The notes beneath the pieces were generated by a model. That model ran no database searches and had not been told where the DNA came from. It worked only from the letters and a program-made list of their open reading frames with translations. Below are positions 25,415-32,080 of a stretch of 64,000 nucleotides of DNA, piece after piece. Within the stretch, counting starts at the first letter, position 1. Each line of letters begins with the position of its first letter. Both the position numbers and the translations under genes were made by a program. The DNA is from a virus. The stretch is taken from positions 35,962-99,961 of the IMG/VR virus record IMGVR_UViG_3300005825_000044. One strand, given 5' to 3'.

Positions 25415-26072
25415 CGGAGCGGTCCTCCTCGACTGTCAGCTCGTCGACGTCGAACCAGAACCCGATCACGGGCCGACCGCTCGAGTGGATCGGCGCGGCG
25501 GGCTCGTCGAACTCCACGAGGTGCTTACCGGCGTTGCCAGGGTTCTCTGAGTGTCCGGCCACCGTGCCGCGGAGCCCGTCGAGCACGCGCGCGGCATCGC
25601 GCGTGTACGTCTCCGGTCGCTTGATGCTGACCCGCACTCGCTTGCCCTTCTCAATCGTCTCCACATCGTCCTCCGTTGTTTCAACCGGTACCGCCGGCGT
25701 GCGTCCACACTTATTTTCGGAAATCGTACGACAGTCGCCGCACCAGCTCTCCGGGTGCAACATCGCGTCCCGGGCCGCGGCCCTGGAGCCGTGCCCGACG
25801 AGCGCGCTGTGGTCCTCGCACACCGTGAACCACGGCAGCTCCGGGTCGGTGTCGATGCCGGCGAGGTCGGCCCTGTACAGCCCGACGAGAGTGCCCGTGC
25901 TCCGGGCCCGTCCCGTCGCGAACCTGCCAGCGGGCTCCATGCAGCGGAGGATCTCCCGGGCGCGGTTCCGGGCGTCGACGAGACGCGTCACGCCGCGACC
26001 GGCCTTGCGTCGCCGCGTGATCTCCCGACCGGCCCGGCGCACGAGCCGACGAAGCTCTGCCTCCGTGATCAC
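25407..26072 (-). CDS. Hypothetical protein containing a remnant promoter cassette
   Basis: 221 aa; WFTVCEDH...WC.DC; includes partial cassette E. Confidence 0.55.
   Translation of the reverse strand: MITEAELRRLVRRAGREITRRRKAGRGVTRLVDARNRAREILRCMEPAGRFATGRARSTGTLVGLYRADLAGIDTDPELPWFTVCEDHSALVGHGSRAAARDAMLHPESWCGDCRTISENKCGRTPAVPVETTEDDVETIEKGKRVRVSIKRPETYTRDAARVLDGLRGTVAGHSENPGNAGKHLVEFDEPAAPIHSSGRPVIGFWFDVDELTVEEDRSDG
25703..25731 (-). repeat. Partial promoter cassette E (UP and -35 half only)
   Basis: GTCCACACTTATTTTCGGAAATCGTACGA, identical to cassette C; the -10 half is missing. Confidence 0.85.
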
Positions 26073-26161
26073 TGGACGGACCCCGCGATAGCGAGAGCGA
26101 AGATGTACGCGAACCCGGTCAGCAGAGCGACCTGGAGCGCTACCGTGAGCAGCCGCGTCAT
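26069..26161 (-). CDS. 30-aa membrane peptide
   Basis: MTRLLTVALQVALLTGFAYIFALAIAGSVQ; ATGA/GTGA overlaps at both ends. Confidence 0.45.
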   Translation of the reverse strand: MTRLLTVALQVALLTGFAYIFALAIAGSVQ

Positions 26162-26448
26162 CGCACGGACTCCTCGAGCAGCAGCAACTTGAGAACCGCG
26201 CCGTCTTCCAGGCCGAGCGCGTCGAACAGGTCGCTCGTCGCCAGGGTGTCTCCGGTGAGGTCCGCCTCGATGTCGCAGGCCTCCGTGAGCTTGCCCGACG
26301 CGGCTTCCGTGTCGCCGGTCTCGAGCAGGCGCTCGACCTCGAGCAGCGTGTCCTTCAGCCGGTCGCACTCAGCCGCGAAGTGGCTGGCGTGCTCCGCGAC
26401 CCGCTCCTCGGCGCGCCGCAGCGCTGCCCCTCGCTCTCCGGTGATCAC
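26158..26448 (-). CDS. Hypothetical acidic helical protein
   Basis: GTGA overlap. Confidence 0.55.
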   Translation of the reverse strand: MITGERGAALRRAEERVAEHASHFAAECDRLKDTLLEVERLLETGDTEAASGKLTEACDIEADLTGDTLATSDLFDALGLEDGAVLKLLLLEESVR

Positions 26449-27287
26449 GGTGCACCCCTCTTCGCGGCGACCGCCTTGCGGTCGTAGTAGCGGACCTTCT
26501 CCCGCCACTTCCGGGCGCGCAGCGCTGCACGGTGCTCGTCAACCTCCGCGCGCGCCAGCATCGCGCGGGCGTGCCGCTCCCTGCGCTCCGCCGCGGCCGC
26601 GCGCTTCTGCTCAGCGTCGGGCTCCGGCTTCGGTGCCGCAGCCACGCGCGGGACGTAGTGCCCGGCTTCGAGTCGCTCTCCAAGCTCGCGCTCGATCACG
26701 TCGTCGATCCCGTACGCCAGCACTCCGTACTTCGCGGGGATCCTCGTCCAGTTCTCGACGGCAACCCCGAACACGGCGCGCGCGGTGCGCACCAGGAGGG
26801 AGCGATACGTCTCGTCGTGCCTGCTCTTCGGTGTCGCGGTGTGCACCAGCTCGTGGAGCAGCAGCTCGAGCGCGTGAGCGACGGTCGTGTCGCGCGCCAA
26901 CGTCAGGACGATCCGCCGGGAGCCGAACGCCCTGCCGGACCCGCTCACGACGTGAGCCGTGTGCCGCACGTCGATCCGCGGCACACGGATCCTGAGCGCG
27001 CGACAGTACCGGTACGCCTCTGCCTGGAGGTCGACCCCGCGGAAGACGAGCGGCGTCTTCCGGCGTCGCGCCGCGTCGCGCCGCAGCTCTGCTCGCTTGA
27101 CCTTGTAGAGCTGGATCCTGTTCCAGCTCTCGATCGTCTGCTCGGGGTCGCTGTTGGCAGCAGTGACCCTGCAGCACTCCAGCGTGAACACGATCCTCTC
27201 GCCACCGAACGGGTCGGGCTGTTCGCGCATCGCCGGTACCTCGCCGCAAGAGCACGGCACCGCGGTCAGTTCTTGTTTCGGTGTCAT
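26445..27287 (-). CDS. Lar-like Zn-finger fused to SprT-like zincin metalloprotease
   Basis: N-terminal VPCSCGE...CC...TIESWNR; central LLLHELVHTA....HDETY (HExxH...H). Confidence 0.7.
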   Translation of the reverse strand: MTPKQELTAVPCSCGEVPAMREQPDPFGGERIVFTLECCRVTAANSDPEQTIESWNRIQLYKVKRAELRRDAARRRKTPLVFRGVDLQAEAYRYCRALRIRVPRIDVRHTAHVVSGSGRAFGSRRIVLTLARDTTVAHALELLLHELVHTATPKSRHDETYRSLLVRTARAVFGVAVENWTRIPAKYGVLAYGIDDVIERELGERLEAGHYVPRVAAAPKPEPDAEQKRAAAAERRERHARAMLARAEVDEHRAALRARKWREKVRYYDRKAVAAKRGAP

Positions 27288-27306
27288 CTGTAACGTCTCC
27301 CTTCGT

Positions 27307-27495
27307 TCAGTCCCTGGCGCACTTGCCGGGGTGTCCGTTCCCCAGGTAGCAGGCCCAGTCCTTCTGGCAGTCCGGCGAACGACGACGAGCGTCGATCGCG
27401 CGCAGCTCTTCGAGAGTCGGGCGGTCGCCCTTCACCATGCGCAGCTCGCGGTCATTGAGAGCGAACGCCCTGCGGGTGTCGTCGGTGTTGACCAT
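27307..27495 (-). CDS. Small hypothetical protein (C/H-rich C-terminus)
   Basis: 62 aa; C....C.LGNGH.GKC. Confidence 0.5.
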   Translation of the reverse strand: MVNTDDTRRAFALNDRELRMVKGDRPTLEELRAIDARRRSPDCQKDWACYLGNGHPGKCARD

Positions 27496-27496
27496 C

Positions 27497-27745
27497 TCAG
27501 CCGACCTCGCGCGTGTTGCGCTCGAATGTGCGGACCACTTCGGCGTCGAGGAGCGCGCCGTGCTTCGCGTTGAACTGACCGCTGTGAGGGTCGAGCTTCA
27601 CCAGCTTGTGCGCGACGTACGCCCGAGCGACGCGCTCGAGGACAGCGTCGTCTTCGGTGTCGAGAGCGCGCGACAGAAACTCCTTGAGCCGCTTGAACGC
27701 CTCCTGCTGACGCGCCGCGAGAACCCATGCACCCTTTGCAGTCAT
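27497..27745 (-). CDS. Hypothetical protein
   Basis: First gene after promoter F, SD GGAG. Confidence 0.6.
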   Translation of the reverse strand: MTAKGAWVLAARQQEAFKRLKEFLSRALDTEDDAVLERVARAYVAHKLVKLDPHSGQFNAKHGALLDAEVVRTFERNTREVG

Positions 27746-27764
27746 CTGCGTCTCCGTTCGTCCG

Positions 27765-27838
27765 CCGGCGCATCGCCGACCGTGAGAAGACTATAAACCC
27801 GGTCCCCGGGGATGTCCACTGCTTTTTTTGAAAATCGA
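27765..27838 (-). promoter_or_regulatory. sigma70-type promoter cassette F
   Basis: -35 TGGACA 27813-27818, -10 TATAGT 27790-27795, A7 UP-like tract. Confidence 0.85.
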
Positions 27839-28283
27839 CAACAGCCAGAATGCGGGGGTGACGCGGCGTAGGGTCGGCGATATGCGGGGAGTACCCGCAC
27901 GTGAATCCGTACCGGCCGCGGCGACGCGCCGGCCACCCGAACCGGAGCCCGTCGTCGTGGAGGCTGCGGCCGCGCCGGGGAGCGACCCCTGGGCGGTGCT
28001 GCCGTGGGAGCAGCACGAGGAGGCTCGGCGCGCCGTCGCGGAGAACCCGGAGGGGATGACCCTCGAACTGATCGGCTCATGGATGGGCGTGACGCGGGAG
28101 CGCGTGCGACAGATCGAAGTCAGCGCGCTCGCGAAGCTCAGGACGGAGAGCGGCGCGGACACCGGTGAGCACGACGGCGTCGTGTTCGCGATCATCGACT
28201 GCCGGCGCTGCGGCGAGCCCTACGCGCGGCTCGGCAACGCGGTCTACTGCGAGCTGTGCGAGTCGAAGCGTCGCCGTCGATGA
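27828..28283 (+). CDS. sigma70 region-4-only HTH protein with C-terminal Zn-ribbon (probable start 27882)
   Basis: GMTLELIGSWMGVTRERVRQIEVSALAKLR is the sigma region 4.2 HTH; CRRC...YCELC. The only convincing plus-strand gene in the window. Confidence 0.8.
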   Translation: MKIDNSQNAGVTRRRVGDMRGVPARESVPAAATRRPPEPEPVVVEAAAAPGSDPWAVLPWEQHEEARRAVAENPEGMTLELIGSWMGVTRERVRQIEVSALAKLRTESGADTGEHDGVVFAIIDCRRCGEPYARLGNAVYCELCESKRRRR

Positions 28284-28285
28284 GC

Positions 28286-28305
28286 GTGTCTCCTCGAGGA
28301 GACAC
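28286..28305. repeat. Palindrome family copy 5
   Basis: Exact match, between two convergent stop codons. Confidence 0.97.
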
Positions 28306-28310
28306 GCGGC

Positions 28311-28706
28311 TCAGCACTCGCTGATCGCGGCGCACGTCGGTGCCGTCGACATGCACGCTAGGTCGAGGCTGTAACCGAACCGGAGCTGGTTGTCGCAGAC
28401 GTCCTCGCACGACGCGCCGCCAGGGCTCGGGTCGCCGAGCCCGCAGTCCGGCAGCGCGCGCGCGTGCTCGCAGTACGTCGCGCAGCTCGGGTCCGCAGGC
28501 ACAGGCCCCGGCGGCGTCACCGGGCCGGGGTTCGGCGGTACCGGGCCGACGCTGCACCCCGCGAGCAGTGCCGCGAGGAGAGCCGCCGCTACAAGCCGGG
28601 CGGTACCGGCGCCTGCTCGATGATCGTGAAGCTGCCGCACAGTGGACCTCCGATGTGCTCCCAGGTGAAGTAGAACCAACCCTTGTCGCCGAAGTCGTAG
28701 TCCCAC
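28311..28706 (-). CDS. Cys-rich Pro-rich lipoprotein (o-spanin-like?); start uncertain
   Basis: Hydrophobic stretch plus LAGC lipobox, Pro-rich linker, six further Cys; 5' part overlaps the peptidase gene in another frame. Confidence 0.55.
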   Translation of the reverse strand: MGLRLRRQGLVLLHLGAHRRSTVRQLHDHRAGAGTARLVAAALLAALLAGCSVGPVPPNPGPVTPPGPVPADPSCATYCEHARALPDCGLGDPSPGGASCEDVCDNQLRFGYSLDLACMSTAPTCAAISEC

Positions 28707-29428
28707 GAGTTGGGCCCCTTCACGCCGACGTCGTCGTACTCAGCTGCGACGAGCGCGTGGCCTCCCGCAGACGGGTCGCCGGCGCGCGGAGTCGGGTTCG
28801 GGCGCTTCGGGTCGAAGTCGTTCATGCAGAACTGCTCCGACACGTCGGTCCGGAACACGACGAGACGCTTCCGCATGATCGCGCGCTTGACCTGCTCGGC
28901 GCGCTCGTCGTCGACGCCGTAGATCCGGCGGTACGCGAGCGCTCGGCTCGTCTTCGTGTCGATCGCTGCCTGGAACGCCTCCTGGCTCGGACGTGCCCGC
29001 CACCGCGGCACCAGTACGCCGCCGCGCATGACCCGCTCGTCGGGCCGGTACGGCCAGAGGTGCTCCGGTGGAGCGCCGAGCACCGCGCGCTGCTCGACCC
29101 CGGTCTCGATGTACGTACCGGAGTCGTTGTTCTCGTCGCCGTGCTTGAGCCGCGCCGACATGTACCCGAACAGCCGAGCGCAAAGCTCAGCCCACTTCCC
29201 GGTCTGCCGCCGGACGTCGCCGCGGATCGCCTGCTCGAGCGCGTTGATCACGCAGCTCCCGAGCCCGCCCTGGTTCAGCACGCCGCGGATCAGCTCGCGC
29301 GCCGTGGCCTCGCGCGCGACGGGGTCCTCACCGAGGATCTCCGCGGCGTCGAGGTGTGACCTCGCACCCGCCTTGAAGTCGTCGCGCTCTCCGATGCAGC
29401 CGAGCCCGCGTGGCGAGAGCGCGATCAC
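28589..29428 (-). CDS. Papain-like (C1A) cysteine peptidase
   Basis: NQGGLGSCV (Gln oxyanion hole and catalytic Cys), GGHALV (His), NSW..DFGDKGWFY (Asn). Confidence 0.9.
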   Translation of the reverse strand: MIALSPRGLGCIGERDDFKAGARSHLDAAEILGEDPVAREATARELIRGVLNQGGLGSCVINALEQAIRGDVRRQTGKWAELCARLFGYMSARLKHGDENNDSGTYIETGVEQRAVLGAPPEHLWPYRPDERVMRGGVLVPRWRARPSQEAFQAAIDTKTSRALAYRRIYGVDDERAEQVKRAIMRKRLVVFRTDVSEQFCMNDFDPKRPNPTPRAGDPSAGGHALVAAEYDDVGVKGPNSWDYDFGDKGWFYFTWEHIGGPLCGSFTIIEQAPVPPGL

Positions 29429-29931
29429 GACGACGGCTCGTGCGAGAGCATCTCCGGGGGAGCGATCGTGCGCTGACCCGGTAGTGCGCGGTCCTTCTCG
29501 CCGGGCATCGCGAGGTGAACCGGTGCCCTGATCGACCGGCAGAAGTCAGCAAGCTCCGCGTAGCTCGTCTTGAACTTCTCGAACGCCTCGTCGACCCGCT
29601 TGTCGCCGAGGTCGTCGGCGCCGTCGGTGGCGTGGAGAGCCGCGCTCAGTAAGACGCGGCAGCCCGCGAGCCTCTCCTTGAACTGCGCCTGCTGCGGGGG
29701 GTTCGGGTTCGTCGCGTACCACGCGTCGACCGCGGACTCGACTTGACTGAGGATCAGCGCGGCGTCCGTCACGTACTTCGTGATGATCGGCAGCGCGGCC
29801 GCTAGAGCTGCGCACCCGCAGAGGCTACCGGCGAGCACGACCGGTACGAGCCGGCGCGCGCTGACTCGCAGCAGTAACGAGAAGAAGACGACGGAGAACG
29901 CGGTGATCATCACGTAGTCGTAGAGCGTCAT
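29425..29931 (-). CDS. Membrane protein or lipoprotein of the lysis cassette
   Basis: N-terminal hydrophobic segments with an LCGC lipobox-like motif, then helical. Confidence 0.55.
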   Translation of the reverse strand: MTLYDYVMITAFSVVFFSLLLRVSARRLVPVVLAGSLCGCAALAAALPIITKYVTDAALILSQVESAVDAWYATNPNPPQQAQFKERLAGCRVLLSAALHATDGADDLGDKRVDEAFEKFKTSYAELADFCRSIRAPVHLAMPGEKDRALPGQRTIAPPEMLSHEPSS

Positions 29932-29964
29932 GCACCAGAGGTTGGCACCGCGCGGTGCCGGAGT

Positions 29965-30495
29965 CTACAGGTCGTCCAGCCCGTCCCGCAGCGGCTTCCC
30001 GGAGCGGAGGTTCGACAGCGCCTTCTTCTTGACGTCGCTCCACACCGTGCGCGATCGACGCGCGTCCCTGTACTTGTCGGCGATCGAGTCGGCGAACCGC
30101 TCCGCGCGGTCCTCGTACACGGAGTCGGCGAGCTGGCCCACTGCCTTCGCGGTGTCGTCGACCTTGGTGCTCAGCGACTCGACCGCACCGACCTGCTCGT
30201 CGACGCGCGCGCTGAGACCGCTCACGATCTGCGCAGTGGGGAGAGCGACGGGGTTCCCCTTCTGGTCGCTCGTGATCACGATCGGGTGCGCGCCGGAGTC
30301 CAGGTTGTGACCGACGAGTTGGTCCTTCGTCGCGAGCCCGCTCGTGAAGACAGTCCAGGCCGCGGCACCCATGCCGACCGCTGCCACGATCATGATCGCG
30401 GTCTTCCAGGACATGCTGACGCCGGTCTGGTCGACGTTGATCGCGCGCGGCGGCCAACTCCCGTCTGAGTTGTGGGCTGACGGGCGCTCGGTCAC
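29965..30495 (-). CDS. Single-pass membrane protein with coiled coil (i-spanin-like?)
   Basis: WKTAIMIVAAVGMGAAAWTVF transmembrane segment, then heptad helices; follows the endolysin. Confidence 0.5.
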   Translation of the reverse strand: MTERPSAHNSDGSWPPRAINVDQTGVSMSWKTAIMIVAAVGMGAAAWTVFTSGLATKDQLVGHNLDSGAHPIVITSDQKGNPVALPTAQIVSGLSARVDEQVGAVESLSTKVDDTAKAVGQLADSVYEDRAERFADSIADKYRDARRSRTVWSDVKKKALSNLRSGKPLRDGLDDL

Positions 30496-31193
30496 GACCA
30501 CCTCACCGAGCCCGCGGAGACGAAGTCGTCGTCGATCTGCTGCATCACCCACGAGCCGGGGTCACGCTTGCGGTCCGTGACGTGGTAGTGGCCCCACACG
30601 CCGCTGAACGCGTGCTGCTCCGCAGCGGTCAGCGCCCGGTTCGTGACCTCAGGCACGCGCCGGGGGACGTTCAGGACGGTGCACAGCGTCCGCACGAGCT
30701 GCTTCAGCGCCGTCATCTGCCACGGGTACGGCTTCGCGTGGATCTTCTCGACCCCGTGGAGCCTGTCGGCGTAGCACTCCCTGTCGCGCGCTACAGGGGG
30801 CACGCGGAACACCCGCCGCCGGGGGTCCCAGCCAGCGAAGCCGTAGCAGGCGACCTCGATGTTCACCGTACGAGCGTTCACGCCGCCGGCCCCTGCAGCG
30901 TCGATCACGAGGGGGTCGCAGAGCTGCTGCACGACTCCGAGCCGCGACACGAAGAACTCCACGCCGTAGCCCCGCGTCTGCAGCGTGGAGAGGAGCTGGG
31001 CAAGCTCCCCCTCGCCGCCGGTCCAGTGCACCGTGACCGTGTCGATCTGCTCGTTGCCCGTCGCGATCGCGTTGTGCCCAGTCGCGAGCAGCTCGAGCCC
31101 GGTGTCCCGCCAGTCGAGGACCGGGACCGGCACCTCGCCGAGGGAGACCTCGAGCGGATACGTGCGCCCACCCACTGTGATCCCTTCAGCCAT
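30492..31193 (-). CDS. Endolysin, N-acetylmuramoyl-L-alanine amidase (Amidase_2)
   Basis: VTVHWT...EFFVSRLG.VQQL...NARTVNIEV...Q..AL..LV...WGHYHV...KRDPG. Confidence 0.85.
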   Translation of the reverse strand: MAEGITVGGRTYPLEVSLGEVPVPVLDWRDTGLELLATGHNAIATGNEQIDTVTVHWTGGEGELAQLLSTLQTRGYGVEFFVSRLGVVQQLCDPLVIDAAGAGGVNARTVNIEVACYGFAGWDPRRRVFRVPPVARDRECYADRLHGVEKIHAKPYPWQMTALKQLVRTLCTVLNVPRRVPEVTNRALTAAEQHAFSGVWGHYHVTDRKRDPGSWVMQQIDDDFVSAGSVRWS

Positions 31194-31199
31194 GGCACT

Positions 31200-31418
31200 T
31201 CACAGCGGCGCGGGTTGAGACTTCCTCGCGATCGCGGCCTGCGCGCGCGTGCTCTGCGGCGCCCACTCCTTGCCGAGCAGGAAGACGCCGGCGTAGCTCA
31301 GCTTGCCGACAAGCTCGAGCTGACCGAGCCCCCACTTCGCAGCGAGCAGCTCGATCACCGCACCTACCAGCAGAGCACCGATACCCAAGCAAGCCTGAGG
31401 ACTGAGATGAAACTGCAT
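31200..31418 (-). CDS. Putative holin
   Basis: 72 aa, two hydrophobic segments, basic C-terminus, SD GGAGG, directly before the endolysin. Confidence 0.6.
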   Translation of the reverse strand: MQFHLSPQACLGIGALLVGAVIELLAAKWGLGQLELVGKLSYAGVFLLGKEWAPQSTRAQAAIARKSQPAPL

Positions 31419-31455
31419 CGCGACACCTCCACCTGAAACGAACGGTAACTGCGCG

Positions 31456-31725
31456 TCAGCGCTTCCGTCGAGTGCTGTGCGGCACATCGAAGACCTCGGG
31501 GGTCACGTCGTCCCACTTGTCGTCACGCAGAACCGTGCGGACCCTCTGACCCGACGGCTTCTCGACAGCGGTGCACAGCTCCACGCACTGGACACCGTAC
31601 TCCTCGAGGTCGCTGAGGATCTCGGGGTCGAGCGAGCCGGGGTCGATCCCGAGCCTGCGCGACAACTTCTCCAGGAGGATCGGCCGCAGCGGCAGGATGC
31701 GCTTCTTTACTTCGTACTTTTTCAC
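31456..31725 (-). CDS. Hypothetical protein
   Basis: 89 aa with typical codon usage. Confidence 0.5.
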   Translation of the reverse strand: MKKYEVKKRILPLRPILLEKLSRRLGIDPGSLDPEILSDLEEYGVQCVELCTAVEKPSGQRVRTVLRDDKWDDVTPEVFDVPHSTRRKR

Positions 31726-31762
31726 GGGGCACCCCCGCTCTCGAGAGTCGCACGCGACAGCG

Positions 31763-32080
31763 TCAGGTCGCCAAGCGAGGGCCTATGCTGATCCTGCCGG
31801 TCGCCGAGTAGATGTCGAGGTCGCCGCCGTACTTCCCGTGCCACTCGACGTCGTAGTCACCCTCTTCGTCGGGGGTCCACACGTATTCGGCGATGTTCGA
31901 AGCGACGAGGTCGCCGGCGGCCGCGTCGATTGTGAGGGCTCCTGCATCTGTGCGGATCGTGACCGACGCGGACTCGAGCGCGAGCGCGGCCCCGGTCTTG
32001 TCGACGAGACGGAACTGGAGCGCGATGTCGTCGCCCACCTTGCCAGATTCGTAGGTCTTCTGTGATCCGCCGCAGCTCAC
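31763..32080 (-). CDS. Small Ig-like virion protein
   Basis: IALQFRLVD...AEYVWTPDEEGDYDVEW beta-sandwich pattern. Confidence 0.6.
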   Translation of the reverse strand: MSCGGSQKTYESGKVGDDIALQFRLVDKTGAALALESASVTIRTDAGALTIDAAAGDLVASNIAEYVWTPDEEGDYDVEWHGKYGGDLDIYSATGRISIGPRLAT

